From assembly GCA_963753435.1 (NCBI GenBank), contig CAVWCF010000001.1, positions 992,001 through 1,056,000 of the forward strand: a stretch of 64,000 nucleotides of DNA. Direction: 5' to 3'. A program made the position numbers and the translations under genes. Below are positions 21,030 through 34,619 of this stretch, one piece after another. Every line of letters begins with the position of its first letter. Positions within the stretch are counted from its first letter, which is position 1. Under the pieces are notes generated by a model that ran no database searches, was not told the DNA's origin, and saw only the letters and a program-made list of their open reading frames with translations. The DNA is from an uncultured Actinomycetota bacterium (GTDB lineage Bacteria > Actinomycetota > Actinomycetes > CAVWCF01).

Positions 21030-22055
21030 CTACTCGGTCGGAACCGTGATGTCGCCGTTCTTGATTGCTTCGGCTGCCTCATCCGCCTTGGCCGTGTACT
21101 CGTTGACCGCGTCGTTGGACAACGAGTAGCCGACGCCTTCCGCCTCGAGGTCGAAGACCTGGATGCCGGACAGCGGCGAACCATCCACTGCCGCCTTGAT
21201 GGTCTCGTACACAGACACGTCAACCCGCTTGATCATCGACGTGATGATCGTGTCTTTGCCCTCGGTGGCAGTCAGGAACTGGTCGGAGTCGACACCGATG
21301 GACAACGCGTCGGCCGCGGCCGCTGCGGTGAACACACCACTGCCGGACCCGCCAGCGGCGTGGTAGACCACGTCGGCACCGGCGTCATACATGCCGGTAG
21401 CTGCCGTCTGGCCCTTGGCCGGGTCGTTGAAGCCGGAGAAGTCCGGTGCCTGGGTCAGGTACTTGACCTGAACCTCGATGTCCGGGTTCACCGACTCCGC
21501 ACCAGCCCGGTAGCCGGCCTCGAACTTCTTGATCAGCGGAACTTCCACTCCGCCGACAAAGCCGATGTTGCCCGACTCGCTGGCCTGTGCCGCGATGACG
21601 CCGACCAGGTAAGAGCCCTGCTCCTCGGCGAAGGTCAGGCTGGCCACGTTGGGGGCCTCGACCGAGGAGTCGTCAACGATGGCGAAGTCCACGTCCGGGA
21701 ACTCCGTGGCCACGTTGCCCAATGCAGTTGCATAGGCGAAGCCGACCGCGATGACGGGGCTGTAGCCGCCCTCGGCGAGCAATCGCAGGCGCTCCTCCTT
21801 CTGGGCGTCGGTCTCGTTGGCGGCGGCGGAGAGTTCCTTGACCTCGACGCCGAACTCCTCCTTGGCCTGGTCGAGACCGGCTGCGGCGGAGTCGTTGAAC
21901 GACTGGTCGCCACGACCGCCGATGTCGTAGGCAAGGCCCACCTTGATGTCACTCTGGGGGCTCTCGTCGCTGCTGCTGTCGTCGTCAGACGAGCAGGCGG
22001 ACAGGACCAGAGACCCTGCCAGCAGGACGGAGCCGAACGCGAGCACCCTGCGCAA
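21030..22055 (-). CDS. BMP family nucleoside-binding lipoprotein
   Basis: Lipobox LSAC, GGRGDQSFNDSA, FAEEQGSYLVG, YHAAGGSG, IGVDSDQ; AAGGAG RBS before TTG. Confidence 0.93.
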   Translation of the reverse strand: MRRVLAFGSVLLAGSLVLSACSSDDDSSSDESPQSDIKVGLAYDIGGRGDQSFNDSAAAGLDQAKEEFGVEVKELSAAANETDAQKEERLRLLAEGGYSPVIAVGFAYATALGNVATEFPDVDFAIVDDSSVEAPNVASLTFAEEQGSYLVGVIAAQASESGNIGFVGGVEVPLIKKFEAGYRAGAESVNPDIEVQVKYLTQAPDFSGFNDPAKGQTAATGMYDAGADVVYHAAGGSGSGVFTAAAAADALSIGVDSDQFLTATEGKDTIITSMIKRVDVSVYETIKAAVDGSPLSGIQVFDLEAEGVGYSLSNDAVNEYTAKADEAAEAIKNGDITVPTE

Positions 22056-22235
22056 GGGCTTCTCCTTATCGTTCGGGGCGTCGGCCCAGTCGGGCACAAA
22101 CGCCGTTTCACAGCACCCTAGCCCCGTCCAACCACCCAGAACGCCGGGGACCGGCGGCGTGGCCGAACTGTTACCAGGAGGAGACCTAGGAGCCGGACCG
22201 GAACGGACCAATCGGGCACATGGCCAACGGGCCCG

Positions 22236-23432
22236 TCAGTTGACCAACGGGCGGCCGGCCCGCAGCGCCGAGAGGGCCGTCTCGACCATCAACTGCACGC
22301 CGACGTCGATCGCGCGCTCATCGACGTCGAAGATCCCCTGGTGCAGGTCCCGGACATCGCCGTCGTCGGGCCGCCGAACGCCCAGCCGGGCCATCGCACC
22401 CGGGGCATGCTCCAGGTACCAGGCGAAGTCCTCACCACCGAGGCTCTGCTCGACCTCGACCAGATGTTCCGGCCCGACCGTGGCGCGCGCCGCGTCAGCC
22501 ATCAGCCGCACACAGCCGGCCTCGTTGACGACGGGCGGAACCCCACGCGCATAGTCGACTTCGACCTGGACGCCGTACGGGGCGGCCAGTTCGCGGATCA
22601 CCTGCTCGACGGCCACCGGTGCATCGGCCCAGGCGGCGGCATCGAGCGTGCGGACCGTGCCCTCGGCCTCACCGAAGTCGGCGATGGCGTTGGCCGCTCG
22701 ACCGGCCCGCAACTTGCCGAACACGACCGACAACCCAGCCCTCGGGTCCACTCGACGGCTCAACGCGCCGGGCAGGTCCGCCACCACCCGGGCCAACGCG
22801 TGCGTCAGGTCGGCGGTCAGATGCGGTCTGGCCGTGTGCCCACCGGGGCCGTGCATCAGAACCCGGATGCGGTCGGCCGATCCCGTCACCGCGCCCAACC
22901 GCAGGCCCACGGTTCCGCAGTCGGCCCGTGGGTCGCAGTGCAGCGCGAAGATCCGCTCCACACCGGTCATTCCGCCGGCGGCGATGATGTCGTGAGCGCC
23001 GCCGGGATTGCACTCCTCGGCCGGCTGGAAGATCAGTCGTACGGCTCCCGGGACCTCCCCGGCCTCGGCCAACTCCGCCAGGATCAAGCCCGCGCCGAGC
23101 AGCACCGACGTGTGCACGTCATGACCACACGCGTGACAGACACCGTCAACCGTCGACGCGTACGGAACCGACTTCTCGTCATGGATTGGCAACGCGTCCA
23201 GATCGGCGCGGAGGGCGACGATCGGGCCGCCGGGTTCACCGAGGTCGGCCATCAGACCAGCGCCGTTGGGCAGCACGTGCGACTCGATGCCGGCTCGGGC
23301 TAGTCGGGCCGCGACCACGGCCGTCGTGCGGGTTTCGGCACGACCGAGTTCCGGGTGGGCGTGCAGGTCCCGACGGATCGCGATGAGTTCGGCGCTCAAC
23401 TCCGCGGTCAAGCCCTTTGCTGCCACCGTCAC
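22236..23432 (-). CDS. M20 family amidohydrolase
   Basis: [38 protein letters not shown]. Confidence 0.92.
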   Translation of the reverse strand: MTVAAKGLTAELSAELIAIRRDLHAHPELGRAETRTTAVVAARLARAGIESHVLPNGAGLMADLGEPGGPIVALRADLDALPIHDEKSVPYASTVDGVCHACGHDVHTSVLLGAGLILAELAEAGEVPGAVRLIFQPAEECNPGGAHDIIAAGGMTGVERIFALHCDPRADCGTVGLRLGAVTGSADRIRVLMHGPGGHTARPHLTADLTHALARVVADLPGALSRRVDPRAGLSVVFGKLRAGRAANAIADFGEAEGTVRTLDAAAWADAPVAVEQVIRELAAPYGVQVEVDYARGVPPVVNEAGCVRLMADAARATVGPEHLVEVEQSLGGEDFAWYLEHAPGAMARLGVRRPDDGDVRDLHQGIFDVDERAIDVGVQLMVETALSALRAGRPLVN

Positions 23433-25009
23433 AGTGTGTCCACCGGCACGTAGGTGCCCCACACGCCACGCAGGCAGTCACAGACTTCCCCGACGGTGGC
23501 GCGGGCAGCCAGTGCCGCCTTCATCGGATAGAGGACGTTCGCCGTGCCTTCCGCTGCCTGCCGCAGGTCTGCAAGTGCGGCGGCTACTGCCGCGTTGTCG
23601 CGCTCGCCGCGCAAACGAGCCAGTCGCGCTGCCTGGTCGGCTCCGATCCTCGGATCGACCCGCAACGGCTCGTAGGGTTCCTCCTCCGCTAGCTGGAAGC
23701 GGTTCACGCCGACGACGACGCGATCACCGGAGTCGATGGACTGAGTCGTCGCGTATGCAGCCTTTTCGATCTCGCTCTTCTGGTAGCCCTGCTCGATCGC
23801 CCGGACCGCCCCGCCGCGATCCTCCACCGCGTCGATGAGGCCCTGCGCGGCTGCCTCCAACTCATCGGTCATCGACTCAATGGCGTAGGAACCGGCAAAG
23901 GGGTCGACCGTGGCAGTCAAGTCGGTTTCATAGGCGAGCACCTGCTGGGTACGCAGCGCGAGTCGTGCCGACTTCTCCGTCGGCAGCGCGATCGCTTCGT
24001 CGAAGGAGTTCGTGTGCAGGCTCTGCGTCCCGCCGAGGACCGCGGCCAGCGCCTGCACCGCCACGCGGATCAGGTTGACCTCAGGCTGCTGCGCAGTCAG
24101 CTGCACACCTGCGGTCTGGGTGTGGAAACGCAGCATCAACGACTTCGGGTTCTTCGCGCCGAACTCGTCGCGCATGATGCGCGCCCAGATGCGGCGTGCG
24201 GCGCGGAACTTCGCGACCTCCTCCAGCAGCGTCGTGCGGGACACGAAGAAGAACGCAAGCCGGGGCGCAAACTCATCGACGTCCTGCCCGGACGCAATGG
24301 CCGCGCGCACGTACTCGATGCCGTTGGCCAAAGTGAAGGCCACCTCTTGCGCGGGCGTGGCACCGGCTTCGGCCATGTGGTAGCCGGAGATGGAGATGGT
24401 GTTCCACTTGGGCATCTCCGCGCGGCAGTACGAGAACGTGTCGGTGATCAACCGCAGGCTGGCCGCGGGCGGGTAGATGTAGGTACCGCGGGCGATGTAC
24501 TCCTTGAGGACATCGTTCTGGATCGTCCCGGTGAGGTCGGACGAAGCCACGCCCTGCTCCTCGGCAACGAGTTGATACAGAACTAGGAGCACGGCAGCGG
24601 GTGCGTTGATCGTCATCGACGTGGACACCTCGCCCAGCGGGATGTCGTCGAACAGGACCGCCATGTCCTCGATGGAGTCGATCGCGACGCCGACCTTGCC
24701 TACCTCGCCCTGCGCCACGACAGCGTCGGAGTCGTAACCCATCTGGGTCGGCAAGTCGAAAGCCACCGAGAGCCCGGTCTGGCCCGCGGCCAGCAACTGC
24801 CGATAGCGGGCGTTGGACTCGGCGGCAGTTCCGAAGCCGGCGTACTGACGCATCGTCCACGGCCGGCCCGTGTACATGTTCGGGTACACACCGCGCGTGT
24901 ACGGGAACTCACCCGGGTGACCAAGGGCGGCTTCGGGATCCCAACCGCTCAGGGACTCCGGTCCGTAGACCGTCTCGATCGGGAGTCCGGACTCGGTCGT
25001 CCGATCCAC
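23429..25009 (-). CDS. Methylmalonyl-CoA mutase large (substrate-binding) subunit, no B12 domain
   Basis: [55 protein letters not shown]; GGAGG RBS. Confidence 0.93.
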   Translation of the reverse strand: MDRTTESGLPIETVYGPESLSGWDPEAALGHPGEFPYTRGVYPNMYTGRPWTMRQYAGFGTAAESNARYRQLLAAGQTGLSVAFDLPTQMGYDSDAVVAQGEVGKVGVAIDSIEDMAVLFDDIPLGEVSTSMTINAPAAVLLVLYQLVAEEQGVASSDLTGTIQNDVLKEYIARGTYIYPPAASLRLITDTFSYCRAEMPKWNTISISGYHMAEAGATPAQEVAFTLANGIEYVRAAIASGQDVDEFAPRLAFFFVSRTTLLEEVAKFRAARRIWARIMRDEFGAKNPKSLMLRFHTQTAGVQLTAQQPEVNLIRVAVQALAAVLGGTQSLHTNSFDEAIALPTEKSARLALRTQQVLAYETDLTATVDPFAGSYAIESMTDELEAAAQGLIDAVEDRGGAVRAIEQGYQKSEIEKAAYATTQSIDSGDRVVVGVNRFQLAEEEPYEPLRVDPRIGADQAARLARLRGERDNAAVAAALADLRQAAEGTANVLYPMKAALAARATVGEVCDCLRGVWGTYVPVDTL

Positions 25010-25131
25010 GCGGCCTCCAGAACTTCGGGGTTGAGCCTGCACCCAACGGGGCCGATGGCCAGTGTGGAGCAGTACAGAACAACAAGAGTACGTCCGGGGC
25101 GAAGTCGCCCCGCAGGTACCCTCAAGCGGCC

Positions 25132-26256
25132 ATGAATCGCCGTTCCCCCACGATGCTGCTGGCCCGCGCAGCGCTCGCATTGGTGCTGCCCGTGGCCTTG
25201 CTGACCGCAGCCGCCAGCGCCGCAAGCGCGGATGAAGCGATCGGCGGGGCCGTCCTCGCGACGCCCGGTGTGGTCGTTGCGCCGGGGGCACCGGCTCCGC
25301 CTGCCGTTGCGGCCAAGGCGTTCGTGGTGGCCGATCTCGACTCCGGGGCGATCCTGGCCGCGCAGTCGGCACACCTGCGGCTGCAGCCGGCCAGCACCTT
25401 GAAGTCACTGACCGCGCTCACCCTGCTCCCGCTCCTGGACCCGGCCACGGAGTACACCGCCACCTACGAAGACGCCGCGGCTGAAGGCAGCAAGGTCGGC
25501 ATCGTCGTCGGCGCCCCCTACTTGGTTTCGGACCTCTTCAACGGTCTGATGCTGCCGTCGGGCAACGACGCCGCCCACGCGCTGGGTGAGGTTGCCGGCG
25601 GGCAGGCCGTGGCGTTGGAGTTGATGAACGCCGAAGCGCGGCGACTGCAGGCGCTGGACACCGTCGCCAAGACCACGTCCGGCCTCGACGAGCCGGGGCA
25701 GTCCACGAGCGCCTACGACCTGGCACTGATCGCCCGGGCCGGGCTGCAGCGGGAGGACTTCCGCGCACTGGCTAGTCGCAAGTCGGCCGACTTTCCCGGC
25801 AAGCCCGCCGCCGCCGGGCCACGACCGACTTACAAGATCTACACCCAGAACCGGCTGCTGCTCAACGGCTACGACGGGGCGATCGGCGTGAAGACGGGCT
25901 ACACAACGCAGGCCGGCCGAACATTCGTCGCCGCTGCCGAGCGCGGTGGTCGCAGTTACGTGGTGACGTTGCTGGGCACATCGGGCCGATCCGAGCCGGC
26001 CGCAGCCGCGCTGCTCGATTGGGCATTCGCGAACCCCGAGATGGACGGCGTTGCACAGTTGGTGGACCCAGTTCCCGCGGCGGCACTGAAGGTCGCCGAA
26101 CGTGATGGGACCCAGACCATCGATGCCGAAGCCGCAGCAGCCGAAACCGTCGCCGGGGCCTCAGGCCTCAGCCCGCGTACCGCTGCGGGCGTCGGCATCC
26201 TTGGCCTCGGCGTGCTGGTTACGGTCGCCGGGGTCATCGGTACCCGCTGGCTCTGA
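25132..26256 (+). CDS. D-alanyl-D-alanine carboxypeptidase (peptidase S11)
   Basis: SxxK (ASTLK), SGN, KTG motifs; signal peptide and C-terminal anchor. Confidence 0.92.
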   Translation: MNRRSPTMLLARAALALVLPVALLTAAASAASADEAIGGAVLATPGVVVAPGAPAPPAVAAKAFVVADLDSGAILAAQSAHLRLQPASTLKSLTALTLLPLLDPATEYTATYEDAAAEGSKVGIVVGAPYLVSDLFNGLMLPSGNDAAHALGEVAGGQAVALELMNAEARRLQALDTVAKTTSGLDEPGQSTSAYDLALIARAGLQREDFRALASRKSADFPGKPAAAGPRPTYKIYTQNRLLLNGYDGAIGVKTGYTTQAGRTFVAAAERGGRSYVVTLLGTSGRSEPAAAALLDWAFANPEMDGVAQLVDPVPAAALKVAERDGTQTIDAEAAAAETVAGASGLSPRTAAGVGILGLGVLVTVAGVIGTRWL

Positions 26257-27105
26257 GTCCGGCTCGGCCGTGAACGCCCATGCGGCCACGACGAGAACCC
26301 ACCGGGCCAGGAACGTGACATAGATCAGCATCGCCACCGCCAGCGCAGAGGTGCCGTAGATGGGGTTGGTCAACGTCGGACCGACAATCAGCCCGGCGGC
26401 CAGTCGCAGCACCCAGATCCCCGCACCTGCCAACAGCGACGCGACCACCAACTCGTGTCCGGGCAATCGCGTGCCGGACAGGCCGCCGATCAGCAGCAAC
26501 GCGATGAGGAAGTCAATGGCAAGTGAAGCCGCGATTCCGATGAGGGTCACCGTGAAGGTGGACCAGGTGACTGCCACCCCTACGGCATCCAGCATTTCCT
26601 GGGCCAGCCAGGTAGCCAGGCCGGCGATCAACCAGGTGACGAGCAGCCCGCCCACGATCAGAACCAGCACCACCAGGTCACGGACCACCTCGACCAGGAA
26701 AGCGCCGCGCACCAACGGCGGCTGTCGGCCCACCGTCCGTAGGGCCTCACGGAACGCTGAGACAAAGCGCCACCCGGAGTAGGTCGCAAACAGCAGCGCA
26801 CCGAGACCCAGCGTGATGAGGGCGATGTCGCCACCAACAAGTCCCGTGGACAGACCGTCCCGGACACTCAGACCGCTTTCCGCCAGGAACGGCAGGACGG
26901 ACTCCAACCACGCCAGGATCCCGACAATGATCGTTGCGGCCGGGAACAGCGCCAAGAAGCCGTAGTAGCCAATGCTGGCGCCCCACCGGCTGGCCCTGGT
27001 CTCGGAGAAGCGCTGCCCGGCACGCAACACGTGCGCGGCCCAAGGCCGCGACTGCGCGGCGACTTCAAATCTCGTCTGGACACCGCGGACCATGCGACCA
27101 CTCAT
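26161..27105 (-). CDS. YihY/virulence factor BrkB family membrane protein
   Basis: GASIGYYGFLALFP, six hydrophobic segments, NPIYG..AMLIY. Confidence 0.8.
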   Translation of the reverse strand: MSGRMVRGVQTRFEVAAQSRPWAAHVLRAGQRFSETRASRWGASIGYYGFLALFPAATIIVGILAWLESVLPFLAESGLSVRDGLSTGLVGGDIALITLGLGALLFATYSGWRFVSAFREALRTVGRQPPLVRGAFLVEVVRDLVVLVLIVGGLLVTWLIAGLATWLAQEMLDAVGVAVTWSTFTVTLIGIAASLAIDFLIALLLIGGLSGTRLPGHELVVASLLAGAGIWVLRLAAGLIVGPTLTNPIYGTSALAVAMLIYVTFLARWVLVVAAWAFTAEPDSEPAGTDDPGDRNQHAEAKDADARSGTRAEA

Positions 27106-27134
27106 CGGCTCACCCGCCCGAACCCCGCCATCCG

Positions 27135-27653
27135 CTACCCACGTAGCGACAGGTCCCGGTCCGGCACCCAGCGACCGCCGACGTGGCTATAGAGGCGGAA
27201 TGCGTCCACGGTGAACTCTGCGGAGAAGTGCGCGAGGTCGCCGAACGCACGGTCCAGCTCGGAATCGGCCACATCGTGCGCAACGGTTACGTGCGGGTGA
27301 TACGGGAATCCGAGAGGGCGTTCCAGGGGACCGGAACGAATATCACGCTCCAACTGCTCGCACTCGCTGATGCCTTGCGCGACGACAACAAAGACAACTG
27401 GTGAGACCGGCCGGAACGTGCCAGTGCCACGAAGCAGCACCGTGAAGTCGCTGTTCCGGCTCGCAACCTCGGTCAGGTGCTCCAGCACTTCACCCCGGAC
27501 GGCATCGTCGATCGTCGTCGGCGGCAGCAGCGTGATGTGCGGTGGCACCGCCTCCGCTTCGGGGTCGCCGTAACCGAGGCGGGCCGCACGCAGTTGCTCT
27601 GCCCACGGCGATGGGATCTCAATGGCGACGCCAAGTACCTGCCCGGGAGACAA
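27135..27653 (-). CDS. 2H phosphoesterase (2'-5' RNA ligase family)
   Basis: Two HxT motifs (PHITL, PHVTV). Confidence 0.9.
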   Translation of the reverse strand: MSPGQVLGVAIEIPSPWAEQLRAARLGYGDPEAEAVPPHITLLPPTTIDDAVRGEVLEHLTEVASRNSDFTVLLRGTGTFRPVSPVVFVVVAQGISECEQLERDIRSGPLERPLGFPYHPHVTVAHDVADSELDRAFGDLAHFSAEFTVDAFRLYSHVGGRWVPDRDLSLRG

Positions 27654-27659
27654 CGTCGC

Positions 27660-30012
<2,353 letters not shown>

Positions 30013-30058
30013 GTTCGCCGAGGCTAGGGCCTCGAGGCTGATCGGCCCGTAACGGCTC

Positions 30059-31273
30059 TCAGGCCATTGCCTTTTGGAGGTTCTCGTCCAATGCCGCCAG
30101 GAACTCCTGGGTCGTCATCCACGGCTGTTCCGGCGAGATGAGCAGGGCCAAGTCCTTGGTCATCTGGCCACTCTCGACCGTGTCGATGCACACGCGTTCC
30201 AGCGTCTCGGCGAACCGGGTGACCTCCGGGGTGGAGTCCAGCTTGCCGCGGTGCGCCAGACCCCGGGTCCAGGCGAAGATCGACGCGATCGGGTTGGTCG
30301 AAGTCGGCTTGCCGGCCTGGTGCTGGCGGTAGTGCCGGGTCACGGTGCCGTGGGCGGCCTCCGCCTCGACGGTGCGGCCGTCCGGCGTCATCAGGACGCT
30401 GGTCATCAGACCCAGGGAACCGAACCCCTGCGCGACGGTGTCGGACTGGACGTCGCCGTCGTAGTTCTTGCACGCCCAGACGTAGCCGCCTTCCCACTTC
30501 AGCGCCGCCGCGACCATGTCGTCGATGAGCCGGTGCTCGTAGGTGATGCCGGCGGCCTCGAACTCTGTCTTGAACTCGGTCTCGAAGACCTCGGCGAAGA
30601 TGTCCTTGAAGCGGCCGTCGTACGCCTTGAGGATCGTGTTCTTGGTCGACAGGTAGACGGGGTAGTTGCGAGCGAGTCCGTAGCGCATCGATGCGCGAGC
30701 GAAGTCGCGGATGGAGTCGTCCAGGTTGTACATGCCCATGGCGACGCCACCGCCGGGGAAGTCGTAGACGTTGAACTCCATCGGCTCACTGCCGTCAGCG
30801 GGTGTGAACGTCATGGTCAGGGTGCCCGGGCCGGGAACCTTGAAGTCGGTCGCCCGGTACTGATCACCGAACGCGTGACGGCCGACGACGATGGGCTGGG
30901 TCCAACCGGGGACCAGCCGGGGAACGTTGCTCATGATGATCGGCTCGCGGAAGATCACGCCGCCGAGGATGTTGCGAATCGTGCCGTTGGGTGAGCGCCA
31001 CATCTTCTTGAGGCCGAACTCCTCAACGCGGGCCTCGTCCGGCGTGATGGTGGCGCACTTGACGCCCACCCCGTGCCGGTTGATGGCGTTGGCGGCGTCA
31101 ATGGTGACCTGGTCGTCGGTGGCATCGCGGTGCTCGATGCCCAGGTCGTAGTACTCGAGGTTGACGTCGAGGTACGGGAGGATCAACTGGTCCTTGATGA
31201 ACTGCCAGATGATGCGGGTCATCTCGTCGCCGTCGAGTTCGACGACGGTGCCCTCAACCTTGATCTTGCTCAT
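30059..31273 (-). CDS. icd: NADP-dependent isocitrate dehydrogenase
   Basis: [47 protein letters not shown]. Confidence 0.97.
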   Translation of the reverse strand: MSKIKVEGTVVELDGDEMTRIIWQFIKDQLILPYLDVNLEYYDLGIEHRDATDDQVTIDAANAINRHGVGVKCATITPDEARVEEFGLKKMWRSPNGTIRNILGGVIFREPIIMSNVPRLVPGWTQPIVVGRHAFGDQYRATDFKVPGPGTLTMTFTPADGSEPMEFNVYDFPGGGVAMGMYNLDDSIRDFARASMRYGLARNYPVYLSTKNTILKAYDGRFKDIFAEVFETEFKTEFEAAGITYEHRLIDDMVAAALKWEGGYVWACKNYDGDVQSDTVAQGFGSLGLMTSVLMTPDGRTVEAEAAHGTVTRHYRQHQAGKPTSTNPIASIFAWTRGLAHRGKLDSTPEVTRFAETLERVCIDTVESGQMTKDLALLISPEQPWMTTQEFLAALDENLQKAMA

Positions 31274-31290
31274 CTTTCGATCCCCTCTGC

Positions 31291-32250
31291 TCACAGGTCC
31301 TGGACGTCGGCCTGCTTGGCGCGAACTGCTTCGGCGGCCTCGGCCAAAGCTGCCTTCTCGGTGTCGGTCAGGTCGGTCTGGACGACCCGGCGCACACCAT
31401 CGCGGCCGATCTCAGCCTCGACGCCGAGGTAGACGCCGGAGATGCCGTACTCGCCGTCAACCCAGGCACACACCGGCATCACTGCGCCGGAGTCCTCCTT
31501 GACCGCCCGCGCCATGCGGGCCGCCGCCGCCGACGGCGCGTAGTAGGCCGAGCCGGTCTTCAGCAGGCCCACGATCTCCGCGCCGCCGTTCTTGGTGCGC
31601 TCAACGAGGGCGGCGATGTCCTCGGCGGACAGCAGGTCCGACAACGGCTTGCCGTCCACGGAGCAGCGGCTGGGAACGGGCACCATCGTGTCGCCGTGGC
31701 TGCCCAGGGTCAGCGTCTGCACCGACCCCACCGGTACGCCGAGCTTGTCGGCGACGAAGAACGAGAACCGGGCGGTGTCGAGCATGCCCGCCTGTCCGAG
31801 GATCCGGCTGCGGTCGAAGCCCGTGGCCAGTTGGGTGAGGGCGGTCATCTCGTCCAGCGGGTTGGAGACCACGATCACGACGGCGTTGGGTGCGTGGGTG
31901 GCGACGTTCTCGGCCACCTGGCGCACGATCGAGGCGTTGACCTCGATTAGGTCCATCCGGCTCATGCCGGGCTTGCGGGGCAGGCCCGCGGTGATCACGA
32001 CGATCTCCGAGCCGGCGATGGCCTCGTAGCCGGCGCCGTCCTTGGTGGTCGTCTGCCCCACGAGCTTGGTCTCGAAGCCTTCGATGGGGCGGGACTGGTT
32101 CATGTCCAGGGCCAGGCCCTCGGCTTTTCCGTCCACGATGTCCGTGAGGACAACCGTGTCGAAGATGTCGTACTCCGCTAGGCGCTGGGCCGTGGTGGAA
32201 CCGTAGAAGCCGGCTCCGACGACCGTCACCTTGCCGCTGCGCTCAGACAT
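31291..32250 (-). CDS. mdh: Malate dehydrogenase (LDH-like type)
   Basis: [37 protein letters not shown]. Confidence 0.95.
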   Translation of the reverse strand: MSERSGKVTVVGAGFYGSTTAQRLAEYDIFDTVVLTDIVDGKAEGLALDMNQSRPIEGFETKLVGQTTTKDGAGYEAIAGSEIVVITAGLPRKPGMSRMDLIEVNASIVRQVAENVATHAPNAVVIVVSNPLDEMTALTQLATGFDRSRILGQAGMLDTARFSFFVADKLGVPVGSVQTLTLGSHGDTMVPVPSRCSVDGKPLSDLLSAEDIAALVERTKNGGAEIVGLLKTGSAYYAPSAAAARMARAVKEDSGAVMPVCAWVDGEYGISGVYLGVEAEIGRDGVRRVVQTDLTDTEKAALAEAAEAVRAKQADVQDL

Positions 32251-32317
32251 GAATCAGTGACCTTCCGCATGGGGATGTCTCGGCATCAAGAGACTGTTGG
32301 ACGAGCCTATCCGGGGC

Positions 32318-32668
32318 TCAAGTCGGCACGACGAGGGCTACCACGACCACGCCCATCCCGGCGGCCAGGTAGAGGCCGACATCGACCTGGCGCGAGCGCA
32401 CCGCCAGCAGACCGACCCGGTCGGTCGGCAGGAACGCCCGCAACCAACCGGCCAGCACGGCCGCGGCCCCGATGATCACCGTGCCCAGCCGGAACCCCTC
32501 GGTCAGCGCCACCAGCAGCAGCCCAAGTCCCAGCGCCGCCAGCACCAGGGCGAGCGGCCACTCGCCGCCCAGCGGCTGGGCTGACGGCGTTGGCTGGGAC
32601 CTCTCGGATGACTCGGGCGGCCCGGCGGTGCCGGGCGGCTCGATCGGGTCAGCGCCGTCGCTGGTCAC
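32318..32668 (-). CDS. DUF3017-like small membrane protein
   Basis: [17 protein letters not shown] motif; position directly downstream of folD. Confidence 0.8.
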   Translation of the reverse strand: MTSDGADPIEPPGTAGPPESSERSQPTPSAQPLGGEWPLALVLAALGLGLLLVALTEGFRLGTVIIGAAAVLAGWLRAFLPTDRVGLLAVRSRQVDVGLYLAAGMGVVVVALVVPT

Positions 32669-33525
32669 GAACGTGCGGGCGCCAGCGCTTCGGCGGCTTC
32701 GACCACATTGGACAGCAGCATGGCCCGGGTCATCGGGCCCACGCCACCGGGCATCGGGGCGACCCAACCGGCAACCTCAGTCACGTCCGGATGCACGTCG
32801 CCGACGAGACCCGCGTCCGTCCGGGTGATGCCGACGTCAAGCACGGCCACGCCGGGTTTGATCAGGTCTGGAGTGATCAGGTGCGGCACCCCCGCCGCGG
32901 CCACCACGATGTCCGCGCGCTTCAGGTGAGCTGCGAGGTCGACGGTGCCGGTGTGGCACTGGGTCACAGTGGCGTTCTCGCTGCGCCGGGTCAGCAGCAG
33001 CGCCAAGGGGCGGCCGACGGTGACACCGCGGCCGACGACCACGACCTCCGCACCGGCGATCGGCACGTCATAGCGGCGCAGCAGTTCCACGATTCCCCGA
33101 GGCGTGCACGGAAGCGGAGCAGCAACCCCCAGCACCAACCGGCCGAGGTTGACCGGGTGCAGGCCATCCGCGTCCTTGTCGGGGTCCACCAACTCCAGCG
33201 CCGCAGCTGAGTCGAGCCCGCCGGGCAACGGCAGCTGGACGATGAATCCCGTGCACTCGGGGTCCGCGTTGAGTTCGGCGATGGCCTTCTCGACGTCTGA
33301 CTGAGTGGCCGAGGCGGGTAGGTCGCGGCGCAGGCTGGCGATGCCCACCTCGGCGCAGTCGCGGTGCTTGCCGGCCACGTAGGCGTGACTGCCCGGGTCG
33401 TCGCCGACCAGGACCGTCCCCAGGCCCGGAACCACGCCACGAGCAGCCAGCGCTGCCACCCGCTGCTTGAGCTCCGCCTTGATTTCGGCCGCCGTCGCCT
33501 TGCCGTCGAGAATCGTTGCCGTCAC
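32665..33525 (-). CDS. folD: Methylenetetrahydrofolate dehydrogenase/cyclohydrolase
   Basis: [45 protein letters not shown]. Confidence 0.97.
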   Translation of the reverse strand: MTATILDGKATAAEIKAELKQRVAALAARGVVPGLGTVLVGDDPGSHAYVAGKHRDCAEVGIASLRRDLPASATQSDVEKAIAELNADPECTGFIVQLPLPGGLDSAAALELVDPDKDADGLHPVNLGRLVLGVAAPLPCTPRGIVELLRRYDVPIAGAEVVVVGRGVTVGRPLALLLTRRSENATVTQCHTGTVDLAAHLKRADIVVAAAGVPHLITPDLIKPGVAVLDVGITRTDAGLVGDVHPDVTEVAGWVAPMPGGVGPMTRAMLLSNVVEAAEALAPARS

Positions 33526-34619
33526 GAGTCGGGATCCTCCCAGGTCGCCACGGCGGGCGTCTCCTCGGAGCCCGCCTGGGCGGCCGATCCCGGCGGGGTT
33601 GTCGATCCCGGCGGGGTCGTCGATCCCGCGGGGGTAGCCGGGGTGGTCGATCCAGCGCGGGTGGACGACCCGACCCGGGCGGCTGCCGCTAGGGCCCAGC
33701 GTCCGGGCATTGAGGCGATGCTTACCGCGATCATGAGCAACACGGCGCCGACCAGACCCCAAACCGTCACCTCGCGGCCGGCTACCGGCGCCAGCCAGTC
33801 CAGGGTCACCGACCCGAGCAACTGACCGGCGACCAGGGACAGCGTCACGATCAAGACGCCGGCGATCGGAACGGCGATGACGATGGTGCCAACTACGACG
33901 AGCCCCATCGGTCCGCCCAGCCACACCCAGCCGAAGGCGGGCAACTGCCACTCGGCGCCGGCGGCGCTGCTGACGCCCAGAATCGCCGCGAGGATCAACG
34001 AAGCCCCTGCGAAGTTGACCCAGATGGCCGCCAACGGCTGGCCCGTGGCCACCCCCAACCGACCGAGCATCGCCGACTGGGTCGCCGCACCAATACCGGC
34101 CAGAACTGCGACAACCGCAGCGCTGACGACGAGGGCGCCCTGGGATAGGTCGGGAGCGGCAGCAATCCCAACCGCCACGACCGCCAGAACCGCCCCACTG
34201 ACCCGGGCCGTGGTGATCGGCTGCTTGCCTGCCGGACCCAGGCCGAAGGCGTCCACGCCGAGCCCGCCCCCGGTCTGCGCCGCGACGATCAGGACTGAAT
34301 ACAGGGCCACGCCCAGGGCGGGCACCGAGTAGGTCTGGCTGAAAACGAGGAAGCCGCCGAGGCCACCGGCTAGCAAGGCCCATCGGGGCAAGGAGCCGGA
34401 ACGGATTGCCGCCGGTACCGCGATCACCGCGGTACGCAGCGGGGCGATCGCCAACACAATCGGGGTGAGGACAACCAGTCCAGTGACGACGGACAGGGTG
34501 GCCGCCGCCGTCGCGCTGCCCGCTACCTCGCCGAATTCACCGTTGATCCGGGCCTGGGTAGCGACGACCAGGCCGCCTCCGAAGGCGAGAAGGACCGCTA
34601 ACAGGCGGCGACGGCGCAT
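33522..34619 (-). CDS. DMT/YdcZ-like transporter (two repeats) with low-complexity tail
   Basis: ATQARINGE and ATQSAMLGR repeats, W.LLAGGLG / [17 protein letters not shown]. Confidence 0.85.
   Translation of the reverse strand: MRRRRLLAVLLAFGGGLVVATQARINGEFGEVAGSATAAATLSVVTGLVVLTPIVLAIAPLRTAVIAVPAAIRSGSLPRWALLAGGLGGFLVFSQTYSVPALGVALYSVLIVAAQTGGGLGVDAFGLGPAGKQPITTARVSGAVLAVVAVGIAAAPDLSQGALVVSAAVVAVLAGIGAATQSAMLGRLGVATGQPLAAIWVNFAGASLILAAILGVSSAAGAEWQLPAFGWVWLGGPMGLVVVGTIVIAVPIAGVLIVTLSLVAGQLLGSVTLDWLAPVAGREVTVWGLVGAVLLMIAVSIASMPGRWALAAAARVGSSTRAGSTTPATPAGSTTPPGSTTPPGSAAQAGSEETPAVATWEDPDS
33585..33672. repeat. Degenerate 18-bp tandem repeat encoding GSTTPP units
   Basis: CGATCCCGGCGGGGTTGT / CGATCCCGGCGGGGTCGT / CGATCCCGCGGGGGT followed by more degenerate copies. 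Confidence 0.8.

Noticed and set aside
19419-22055. Stop-codon readthrough fusion of the BMP lipoprotein and ATPase (same frame, single TAG)
   Set aside because: An exported lipoprotein fused to a cytoplasmic ATPase is topologically implausible; a shared frame occurs by chance one time in three, and an RBS precedes the ATC
30020-30052. GGGCC/GGCCC-rich stretch upstream of the hemolysin-family gene as another DosR box
   Set aside because: Poor palindrome and wrong spacing to the -10; expected by chance at this GC content
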